This document shows positions 9,759-17,686 of a DNA stretch of 64,000 bases, piece after piece. Each line of letters starts with the position of its first letter. Positions within the stretch are counted from its first letter, which is position 1. Location: assembly GCA_963822445.1 (NCBI GenBank), contig CAWGHO010000003.1, forward strand, positions 1,664,001 to 1,728,000, given 5' to 3'. The notes beneath the pieces are model-generated. The model did no database searches, was not told the DNA's origin, and was given only the letters and a program-made list of their open reading frames with translations. Made by a program: the position numbers and the translations under genes. Source of the stretch: an uncultured Acidobacteriota bacterium (lineage in GTDB: Bacteria > Acidobacteriota > Thermoanaerobaculia > Gp7-AA8).

Positions 9759-9839
9759 GTCTCAGAGTCGCAGAGTCGCAGAGTCGCAAAGTTGGAGCGA
9801 AGCACTTTGAGACTCTGCGACTTTGAGACTCTGAGACTT
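9757..9839. repeat. Tandem 8-mer inverted-repeat hairpin (unit GAGTCGCA)
   Basis: Four GAGTC(T/G)CA units + AAGT, 11-nt loop, ACTT + four TG(A/C)GACT(C/T) units. Confidence 0.9.
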
Positions 9840-9864
9840 CCCGACTAGAATCCGCTCCGGCCCA

Positions 9865-10620
9865 ATGATCATCACTGTCGCGAACCAAAAAGGCGGCGTT
9901 GGCAAGACAACGACGGCGATCAACCTCTCTGCCGCGGTCGCCAACAAAGGCTTCAAGACCCTCCTGATCGACCTCGATCCGCAGGCCAACTCGACGATGA
10001 GTTACGTCGACGCGCGCGCGGTCACGAAGTCGATGTACGACGTTCTGGTCAGCGAGGAGCTCGAGTTTCCGGAGGTCATCGTCCAGACGCCGCTGCCGAA
10101 TCTCTGGCTGGCACCGTCGCGGATCGCGCTGGCCAAGCTCGAATCGAAGCTGATCGGCGATCTCGACGGCCCCTTCCGGTTGAAAGACCGGATGAAGGAA
10201 ACGGCCAGCGAGTACGACTACATCTTCATCGACACGCCGCCGACGTTGGGCATGATCACCGTCAACGCGCTGGTCGCCTCGACGCACGTGCTCGTGCCGA
10301 TCCAGTCCTCGTACTTCGCGCTGGAAGGCACCGACGACCTGCTGGAGACGATCGAGAAGATCAAGGCCCGCCCCAATCCCAACCTGCAGCTGCTGGGTGT
10401 GGTCATCACCATGCACGACAAGCGCACGACCCTTTCGAAAGACATTCACGAAGCCATCGGCAACGTCTTCGGCGATCGCGTTTTCAACACCGTGATCACC
10501 AAATCGATCCGGCTCGAGGAGAGCCCGGCGTACAAGGAATCGATCTTTACCTTCGCCCCGCGATCGAGCGGGGCCATGGAGTACTACTCGCTGTCCGAAG
10601 AGCTGCTGGCCCGGGTGTGA
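9865..10620 (+). CDS. parA: ParA/Soj family ATPase
   Basis: NQKGGVGKTTT, DLDPQAN, IDTPP, LEESP; adjacent parB. Confidence 0.92.
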   Translation: MIITVANQKGGVGKTTTAINLSAAVANKGFKTLLIDLDPQANSTMSYVDARAVTKSMYDVLVSEELEFPEVIVQTPLPNLWLAPSRIALAKLESKLIGDLDGPFRLKDRMKETASEYDYIFIDTPPTLGMITVNALVASTHVLVPIQSSYFALEGTDDLLETIEKIKARPNPNLQLLGVVITMHDKRTTLSKDIHEAIGNVFGDRVFNTVITKSIRLEESPAYKESIFTFAPRSSGAMEYYSLSEELLARV

Positions 10621-10631
10621 GGAACGAATCG

Positions 10632-11465
10632 ATGGCAAAACGCGGACTCCCCGAACGCTCCGTCATGCGACACGACTCGCATTACGTCGAGGAGTTGACC
10701 AAGCGCTCCGGCCGGCACATCGGCTCGATGTTGCCGCTCGCGTTCGTGGAACCGAACTCCGAGCAGCCCCGCACGCAGCTCGGCAACATCGAAGAGCTTG
10801 CGGCCAGCGTTCGCGAAAAAGGCGTGCTCGAGCCGATTCTGGTCCGGCTCATCGGACCGAATCGCTACCAGATCATCGCCGGCGAGCGCCGGTTCCGCGC
10901 CGCGACGATGGCCGGACTCGATGAGATTCCCGCGATCGAGCTCGACGTGGACGAGCGCGAGCAGCTCGAGATCGCCCTCATCGAGAACATCCAGCGCAAG
11001 GATCTGACGCCGTTCGAAGAAGCGGAAGGGCTGGCCGTGCTGCAGGAGAAGTTCGACTACACGCACGAGAAGATCTCCCAGGTCATCGGGAAATCGCGCT
11101 CGACCGTCACCGAAACCCTGCTCATCAACGAGATCCCCGACCGGATTCGGGTGATGTGCCGCGAGGCCGGAATCTCGAACAAGAGCGTGCTCGTGCAGGT
11201 CGCGCGCGCGGGCTCGGAAGAGGCGATGGAGCAGGTGGTGCGCGCGTTCGCGGCAGGGGAGTTGTCCCGCGACGATCTCCGCCGGCAGACCGCGTCGAAG
11301 CCCGAGCCGAAGAAGGCCGGCCGGCCGAAGAACTACGTGTTCCAGGTCAAGGACAAGTCCCTGCCGTTCTCGTTGAATCTCTCGTTCAAGAAGCCGAACG
11401 TGGAGAAGAGCGAGGTCATCGACGCCGTGCGCGAGCTCCTTCGCCGGCTCGAAGACGAGCCGTGA
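10632..11465 (+). CDS. parB: ParB/Spo0J family protein
   Basis: PN.EQPR, GVLEPILVR, IIAGERRFRAA, ALIENIQRKDL, HTH GKSRSTV. Confidence 0.92.
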   Translation: MAKRGLPERSVMRHDSHYVEELTKRSGRHIGSMLPLAFVEPNSEQPRTQLGNIEELAASVREKGVLEPILVRLIGPNRYQIIAGERRFRAATMAGLDEIPAIELDVDEREQLEIALIENIQRKDLTPFEEAEGLAVLQEKFDYTHEKISQVIGKSRSTVTETLLINEIPDRIRVMCREAGISNKSVLVQVARAGSEEAMEQVVRAFAAGELSRDDLRRQTASKPEPKKAGRPKNYVFQVKDKSLPFSLNLSFKKPNVEKSEVIDAVRELLRRLEDEP

Positions 11466-12406
11466 CGCCCGACGTCAGCATCATCGTTCCGGTCTACAAC
11501 CGGGTCTCGCTGATCGGCGAGGCGCTGGCCTCCGCGCTCGCTGAAGATTCCGTCGAAGTGATCGTGGTCGATGACGCTTCGACGGATGGAACGTGGGAAG
11601 TCATCTCGCGTCTCGCCGATCCGCGCGTTCGCGCGATCCGGATGGAGCAGAACAGCGGCCAGTCTGTGGCGCGCAATCGCGGTCTGGATGCCGCCCGCGG
11701 CAAGTACATCAAGTTTCTCGATTCCGACGATCTACTCGTGCCCGGTCATCTCGGCCGTGAAGTTCAGGCGATCGGCGATGCGGACATCGCGGTCTCAGGC
11801 TGGATCAATGTCGATGAGGCCGGGAACGAGCGCGAATGGCCTGCGCCGCACTTCGACTCGATCGTCGACGATGTGCTGGCAGGGCAGGGCGTTCCCACCT
11901 CGGCCGCGCTGTACCGCCGGCGTGAGGACTGGCGCTGGGATCCCACGCTCCGCAAGCTCGATGACTGGGACTACTTCGCCCAGGCCGCGCTGAGCGCGAA
12001 GAGAATCGTCACAGTCGAAGGTTCCGCGTACCGCTGGCGCGATCACAGCGGCCCGCGAGAGACGAACGTGACCATGGTCGTGAACGCGCGCGCATTCGTT
12101 CGGATCCTCGGAAAAATCGAGGCGCGCATTTCCGCAAACGGCGATCTCACCGAACCGCGCCGGAGACGCCTCGCGCAGTATTTCTACAAAGAGCTGCGCG
12201 TGCTCAGCCTGCACGACCGCGCCGAGTTCGAGCGGGTCCTCGCGCACATCCACGAGCTCGACCCGAAGTTCGCGCCGCGCGACGAAGAGAGCCAGTGGTG
12301 GATGCGCGCGGCGGCGCGCGTCCTCGGTACGCGCCGCGCGGTGCTCGCGCACACGGCGATCAAGCGCCTGGTGATGCGTCAGGGCTTCCAGTCGAAAACG
12401 CCGTAG
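11462..12406 (+). CDS. Glycosyltransferase family 2
   Basis: VSIIVPVYN, VVDDASTD, ARNRG, FLDSDD; GTGA overlap with parB stop. Confidence 0.9.
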   Translation: MTPDVSIIVPVYNRVSLIGEALASALAEDSVEVIVVDDASTDGTWEVISRLADPRVRAIRMEQNSGQSVARNRGLDAARGKYIKFLDSDDLLVPGHLGREVQAIGDADIAVSGWINVDEAGNEREWPAPHFDSIVDDVLAGQGVPTSAALYRRREDWRWDPTLRKLDDWDYFAQAALSAKRIVTVEGSAYRWRDHSGPRETNVTMVVNARAFVRILGKIEARISANGDLTEPRRRRLAQYFYKELRVLSLHDRAEFERVLAHIHELDPKFAPRDEESQWWMRAAARVLGTRRAVLAHTAIKRLVMRQGFQSKTP

Positions 12407-12987
12407 AAGTGATCGACGAACGACTGCTTTTCCGACGCGACCAGCGGCTTGCCGGGCGTGCGCCACAACACCGGACGCATGTAGGTCGTCATCTGCAGCG
12501 ACACGAAGAAAAACAACACCAGCCATAGTCCGACGGCGCCGCGAGCGGCCTTCGTGCTGAGCACGAGGAACCGGCGCCCGAAGGCGAGGGCCGTGACCCA
12601 GACGAAGGCGTGCAGCCAGACCAGAAACCCCAGCGAGATCGTGCTGACAGAGAACAGCCAGATCACCGGCACGAGCGCGAGCAGGATCAGGCCGGTGATC
12701 CCGGCGAATCCCGCGACGGCCGACGAGAACGTCCGCGCCGAAAAATCGACGCCGCTAAGGCCCATGAACACGTACAGGCTCGGCAGACAGAGCACCGTCG
12801 ACGCGAGGATGATCAGCGGCACCTTCGTCGCCGCCAGAGCCACCGACCAGCCGCCCTGGAAAAAGCCGGTGCCCAGCCCGTAGAGCACGTAGCAGCAGAA
12901 CGCGCCGGTGAGCAGAGCGAATGGATGCGCGGTCAGCGCGGACTCAGGCTTCTTGAGCAGGTCGTCCATCGATCGAAGAACGTTCAT
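12379..12987 (-). CDS. Hypothetical multi-pass membrane protein (paralog of upstream gene)
   Basis: Several hydrophobic helices; KVPL..LCLPSLY and QMTTYMRP motifs. Confidence 0.7.
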   Translation of the reverse strand: MNVLRSMDDLLKKPESALTAHPFALLTGAFCCYVLYGLGTGFFQGGWSVALAATKVPLIILASTVLCLPSLYVFMGLSGVDFSARTFSSAVAGFAGITGLILLALVPVIWLFSVSTISLGFLVWLHAFVWVTALAFGRRFLVLSTKAARGAVGLWLVLFFFVSLQMTTYMRPVLWRTPGKPLVASEKQSFVDHFYGVFDWKP

Positions 12988-13676
12988 AACTGTCTCCAGA
13001 GGTGAGGAAGGATCTCGGTGAGGATGAATTCGTACACATTGCCGCGCAGGGCGTCATCGCGCAGGAAAACGACGGGGAGATAGACGCTGCCGACGAAGGG
13101 CCTGAGCGCCCAGGCCAGTTCGCCGCCGACGAACGCGTACGCGGCGAGCCAGCCGATCCGGATGCGATGCGCGCGTTGCGTGTCGCCATTGCAGATGGCC
13201 AGCAATGCGCGATGCAGCGTGACCGTGCCGGCAACACCGGCCGACGCGATCAGCGAGAGGTGGGTGAGATAGAGCATGTTGTGCAGCGTGCGCTGTGAAG
13301 GCGACGGCGGCGGCAGCGAGGTCGTGAACAGCCACGCCACCGGCGCGAGCGAGGCGGCGACGATTGCGACGATGGCCAGAGGCAGCAGGGTCAGCGCGAA
13401 AATCTGCCGGAAGCGAAGGGGCAGACCGAGAAGCGCGGCCACGACCCAGTTGAACAGGCCCGTGAGCGCGGCCGTGGACAGGAGCAACAGCGGCACTTTG
13501 ATCGCGACGTACGCCGCGAGCCGCGGCCCGTGCCATGCCCCGAGAACGGCGCCGTAGGTTGCGCCAAAGAGCGTGATCGTCGCGAGCAGCGTTCCCAGAT
13601 GATGGGGAACATCGCGATCGAGTTGCAGCTCATCGAGCAGAAGCCGGCGTCCGCGCGGAAGCACGATGGACCGCAT
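12984..13676 (-). CDS. Hypothetical multi-pass membrane protein
   Basis: Hydrophobic helices; KVPL and ELAWALRPF motifs; ATGA overlap with downstream paralog. Confidence 0.7.
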   Translation of the reverse strand: MRSIVLPRGRRLLLDELQLDRDVPHHLGTLLATITLFGATYGAVLGAWHGPRLAAYVAIKVPLLLLSTAALTGLFNWVVAALLGLPLRFRQIFALTLLPLAIVAIVAASLAPVAWLFTTSLPPPSPSQRTLHNMLYLTHLSLIASAGVAGTVTLHRALLAICNGDTQRAHRIRIGWLAAYAFVGGELAWALRPFVGSVYLPVVFLRDDALRGNVYEFILTEILPHLWRQL

Positions 13677-13703
13677 GAATGCCAGTGATACGGAGTCGCC
13701 GCG

Positions 13704-15296
13704 CTAAGCGTCCTGCAATGGCTCCGCGGTCGCCCGCAACGCCTTCTTGTCGAATTTCCCCACCGACGTTTTCGGCACGGCCTCGATGAAGCGGATCTCG
13801 TCCGGAAGCCACCACTTCACGAACTTCTGCGAAAGGTGCTCGAGGATCTCCTCGGAGGAAACCGATTCGCCGGCGCGAGGGACGACGTAGCCCACCGGCC
13901 GCTCCTGCCATTTCGGATGGGGGACGCCGATCACGGCGGCTTCGAGCACTTTCGGGTGGGCCATGATCGCGTTCTCGAGCTCGACCGACGACACCCATTC
14001 GCCGCCCGACTTGATCACGTCCTTGGCCCGGTCGACGATGGTGATGTAGCCGTCGGGCGTGATCGCCGCGACGTCACCGGTCCGGAACCAGCCATCGGCG
14101 GTCATGCGATCCGTGGCCGTGTCGTTGTGATAGCCGTTCGTCACCCAGGGGCCGCGCACCTCCAACTCGCCGAACGCCTCGCCATCCCACGGCAGCTCGC
14201 TGTTCGTCGCGAGATCGGTGATGCGGATCTCCAGGCAGGGGACGGGCGGACCGGCCGTCGCGCGTGCATCCATCGCGTCGCCTTCATGCCAGCTGCGCGG
14301 GCGGGCGATCGAGCCCATCGGCGACGTCTCGGTCATGCCCCAGGCCTGAATGAGATTCAGCCCGCGCGCTTCGTAGGCGGCGATCAGCGAGCGCGGAACC
14401 GCGGAGCCGCCGCAGATGATCTGCCGGATGTTGCCGAGCTTCCGATCGCCCATCTTCGCCAATGCGCCGACCCAGATCGTCGGCACGCCGCTCAGACAGG
14501 TGACCTTCTCCGATTCCGCCAGCGCCAGCACCGCTTCCGGATCACCCATCCAGCGGTCGGGAAAAACGAACGTCGCGCCGGCCATCCCGGCGGCGTACGG
14601 CTGGCCCCAGGCATTCGCGTGAAACATCGGCACGAGCGGCAGGATCACGTCGCTCTCGACCATGCCGATGGTGTCGGTCTGGAGAACGGTCAGCGTGTGC
14701 AGAAAGTTGGAGCGGTGGGTGTAGACCACGCCTTTGGGATGGCCGGTCGTGCCCGACGTGTAGCACATGGCCGCGGGCGCACGCTCATCGAGCTCCGGCC
14801 ACTGATACTGATCGGATTCGTTCGCGATCAGAGTCTCGTAATCGAGATACTTCCCGGCGACGGAAGGATCGTCGCTCATGACGATCACGTGCTTCACGGT
14901 TTCGCAACGGTGGATGAACTTCACCAGCAGCGGCAGCAGAGTGTCGTCCACGATGATCACGGAGTCCGCGGCATCGTTGGCGATGAACGCGAGCTGGTCC
15001 GGCGAGAGCCGCAGATTCAACGTGTGCAGCACGGCGCCCATCAAGGGCACGGAGTAATACAGCTCGAGGTGGCGGTAGTTGTTCCAGGCCAGTGTGGCCA
15101 CGCGATCGCCCTCGCGCACGCCGAGCTTCGCCAGCGCGTTGGCGACTTTCCGCACGCGCCTGGCCATGTCGGCGTAGGTGTAGCGATGAACGCCGCTGGC
15201 CCGCTTGGTGATGACTTCCTTCCGCGAGAACAGCTTCTCCATGCGCCAGAGCACGTGATGAAGCGTGAGCGGGTAGTCCTGCATCGATCCCTGCAT
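13704..15296 (-). CDS. Fatty-acid--CoA ligase (AlkK/DmdB-like acyl-CoA synthetase)
   Basis: YTSGTTGHPKGV, WGMTETSP, GWFRTGD, DRAKDVIKSGGEW, PKTSVGKFDK; SD GGAGG before ATG 15296. Confidence 0.93.
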   Translation of the reverse strand: MQGSMQDYPLTLHHVLWRMEKLFSRKEVITKRASGVHRYTYADMARRVRKVANALAKLGVREGDRVATLAWNNYRHLELYYSVPLMGAVLHTLNLRLSPDQLAFIANDAADSVIIVDDTLLPLLVKFIHRCETVKHVIVMSDDPSVAGKYLDYETLIANESDQYQWPELDERAPAAMCYTSGTTGHPKGVVYTHRSNFLHTLTVLQTDTIGMVESDVILPLVPMFHANAWGQPYAAGMAGATFVFPDRWMGDPEAVLALAESEKVTCLSGVPTIWVGALAKMGDRKLGNIRQIICGGSAVPRSLIAAYEARGLNLIQAWGMTETSPMGSIARPRSWHEGDAMDARATAGPPVPCLEIRITDLATNSELPWDGEAFGELEVRGPWVTNGYHNDTATDRMTADGWFRTGDVAAITPDGYITIVDRAKDVIKSGGEWVSSVELENAIMAHPKVLEAAVIGVPHPKWQERPVGYVVPRAGESVSSEEILEHLSQKFVKWWLPDEIRFIEAVPKTSVGKFDKKALRATAEPLQDA

Positions 15297-15330
15297 GGCG
15301 AGCGACCTCCGGCTGAATTTTGCGAACGGG

Positions 15331-15359
15331 TTGACAGGATAACAAAGGGCGCGTATCGT
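15331..15359 (+). promoter_or_regulatory. Sigma-70-type promoter of the met leader / metB-hom operon
   Basis: TTGACA (15331-36), 17-bp spacer, TATCGT (15354-59). Confidence 0.75.
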
Positions 15360-15371
15360 CCGCGGCCAACC

Positions 15372-15434
15372 ATGAGTCATTCATCGCATGCCGCGGTTCG
15401 AATGATGATGCGTCGCCCGGACGCGATCGCGTAG
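15372..15434 (+). CDS. Putative Met-rich attenuator leader peptide MSHSSHAAVRMMMRRPDAIA
   Basis: 20-codon ORF with ATGATGATG at 15402-10, between a promoter and a methionine-biosynthesis operon; followed by hairpins and anti-SD sequences. Confidence 0.65.
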   Translation: MSHSSHAAVRMMMRRPDAIA

Positions 15435-15514
15435 CTACGCGTTTGTAGATCCGGGTCCTCCGCGCTTTTCCCTCCACACAACCTGTAACGCATCGAACTT
15501 TCTGGAGGAAAGTC

Positions 15515-16693
15515 ATGGCCTACCGTTTCGATACCCGTGCAATCCACGCCGGTCAGCACAACGACGTCGCCACCGGCTCCGTCACCACACCGATCCATCA
15601 GACCTCGACCTTCGGGCAGACCGAGCCCGGGCTGAACAAAGGCTTCTGCTACGCGCGCACCGGCAATCCCACGCGCACCGCCCTCGAAGAAAACCTGGCC
15701 GCGCTCGAGAACGCGCGGCACGGGCTCGCATTCGCCAGCGGCATGGCCGCCATTCAGGCGGTGCTGTCCACGCTGAGCAAAGGCGACCACGTCGTCTCGA
15801 CGCAGGACCTGTATGGCGGCGCGTGGCGCATCTTCACCAAAGTCTTCAGCCGCTTCGGCATCGACTTCACCTTCGTCGACACATCCAATCCCGCGGCCAT
15901 CGAAAACGCCATTCGGCCGGAGACGAAACTGCTCTGGCTGGAGACGCCATCCAATCCACTCCTGCGCATCACCGACATCGCCCGCTGCGCCGCGATCGCG
16001 CGCGGCAACGGCATCACCACCGTCGTCGACAACACCTTCGCCACACCTGTGTTGCAACAACCGCTGTCCCTCGGCGCCGACATCGTCGTGCACTCCACCA
16101 CGAAGTACATCAACGGCCATTCCGATGTGATCGGCGGGGGAGTGCTCACCAACGATGACGGCCTGTTCGAAGAGCTGAAGTTCCTGCAGAACGCGATCGG
16201 CGCCGTGCCCGCCCCGCAGGACTGTTTCCTCATCCTCCGCGGCATCAAGACCCTCGGCCTGCGCATGGAGCGGCATTGCTCCAGCGCCGAGCTCCTCACG
16301 CGCTGGCTGCTGGCGAACGATCGCGTGCGGCGCGTCTACTATCCCGGCCTCGTCGATCAACCCGATCACGCCGTGGCCCGCCGGCAGATGAACCGGTTCG
16401 GTGCGATCGTTTCCTTCGAGCTCGATGCCGGACTCGAGGAGACCAGGGCCTTCACGCGCCGTCTGCACCTCTGGACGCTCGCGGAAAGCCTGGGCGGCGT
16501 GAAGAGCCTTTTCTGTCATCCGGCGACGATGACTCACGCGTCGGTCGAGGCCGACGTTCGGCGGAGTGTGGGGATCGGGGACGGTCTGATCCGGCTGTCG
16601 GTGGGGCTCGAAGACGTTCGGGACCTCATCGACGATCTCGAACAGGCCTTTGCCAGGACGGCGCGGTCGAATGCCGAGGAGCGTGTCGCGTGA
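15515..16693 (+). CDS. metB: Cystathionine gamma-synthase/lyase (Cys/Met metabolism PLP enzyme)
   Basis: TRAIHAGQ, YARTGNPT, FASGMAA, ETPSNP, VDNTF, HSTTKYINGHSDV, AESLGGV, IRLSVGLE; next to hom. Confidence 0.85.
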   Translation: MAYRFDTRAIHAGQHNDVATGSVTTPIHQTSTFGQTEPGLNKGFCYARTGNPTRTALEENLAALENARHGLAFASGMAAIQAVLSTLSKGDHVVSTQDLYGGAWRIFTKVFSRFGIDFTFVDTSNPAAIENAIRPETKLLWLETPSNPLLRITDIARCAAIARGNGITTVVDNTFATPVLQQPLSLGADIVVHSTTKYINGHSDVIGGGVLTNDDGLFEELKFLQNAIGAVPAPQDCFLILRGIKTLGLRMERHCSSAELLTRWLLANDRVRRVYYPGLVDQPDHAVARRQMNRFGAIVSFELDAGLEETRAFTRRLHLWTLAESLGGVKSLFCHPATMTHASVEADVRRSVGIGDGLIRLSVGLEDVRDLIDDLEQAFARTARSNAEERVA

Positions 16694-17613
16694 GGCGGGT
16701 TCGGATCGGGTTACTGGGTTGCGGAACGGTCGGCGGCGGGTTGGTGAGGCTGGTCGCGCACGAGCGCGACCGCGTCCGCGCGCGATTCGGCGTCGACCTC
16801 GAGATCGGCCGCATTCTGATCCGCGACCCGAAAAAGCCGCGCGCGAACGTCGATCGGAAACTGTTGACGACGAACGCGCTGGACGTCATCGACAGCGACT
16901 GCGATCTGGTCGTCGAGGCCGTGGGCGGCGTTCACGCAGCCGGAACGTTCGTACGGCGCGCCATCCAGCGCGGCCGCCACGTCGTTACCGCCAACAAAGC
17001 CTTGCTGGCGGCCACGGGCGGTGAATTGTTCGCCGCCGCCGCCCGGCAAGGCGTGACCATCGGATTCGAGGCCAGCGTCTGCGGCGGTGTGCCGGTCGTC
17101 GGCGCGCTGCGTCGCGGGCTGGCCGGCGACACCATCGAGAGCATTCGCGGAATCCTGAACGGGACCTCGAATTACGTCCTGTGTCGCATGGACGAGGGTC
17201 TGACGCTCGAACAGGCCGTGGCGCTCGCGCAGCAGAAAGGGTTTGCCGAGGCCGATGCCTCGCTGGACATCGGCGGCCACGATGCGATGCAGAAGTTGAA
17301 GATCCTGGCCGGGCTGGCGTTCAACGAGCCGGTGCGGAGGACGACGGTCGTGGGAATCGAGAGCGCGTCGCGTGCGGGCACTGGCTATGTAGTCCGCCAG
17401 GTCGCCGAGGCGCGGCGCGTTGCCGGCGGCGTGGAGCTGGTGGTCGAGAATCGACGGCTGCCGGCCTCCGATCCGCTGGCCGGCGTGCGGGACGAGCAGA
17501 ATGCAGTCGCCATACGAGGGCGGGCGGTAGGCGAGATCTGGCTGAGCGGACGAGGAGCTGGATCGCTGCCGACAGCCGCAGCCCTGCTTGGCGATATCCT
17601 CAATTTAACATAA
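16690..17613 (+). CDS. hom: Homoserine dehydrogenase (short form, no ACT domain)
   Basis: GLLGCGTVG, VVTANK, FEASVCGGVP, GILNGTSNY, GFAEAD, G.GAG.LPTA. Confidence 0.92.
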   Translation: MRRVRIGLLGCGTVGGGLVRLVAHERDRVRARFGVDLEIGRILIRDPKKPRANVDRKLLTTNALDVIDSDCDLVVEAVGGVHAAGTFVRRAIQRGRHVVTANKALLAATGGELFAAAARQGVTIGFEASVCGGVPVVGALRRGLAGDTIESIRGILNGTSNYVLCRMDEGLTLEQAVALAQQKGFAEADASLDIGGHDAMQKLKILAGLAFNEPVRRTTVVGIESASRAGTGYVVRQVAEARRVAGGVELVVENRRLPASDPLAGVRDEQNAVAIRGRAVGEIWLSGRGAGSLPTAAALLGDILNLT

Positions 17614-17686
17614 TCCATCTTATGAGACTCTGTGGAAAGGTAGTTTCGGGCCTGATTCTCGCGATAATCGCGCCCCGGCAGTCTTG

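Noticed and set aside
9757-9839. Short tandem repeats as a CRISPR array
   Set aside because: Units are 7-8 nt, contiguous and inverted, with no unique spacers and no cas genes in the window.
15435-15514. SAM riboswitch or T-box upstream of metB
   Set aside because: No SAM-I core or T-box motif recognised; the space is short and largely taken by the leader ORF.
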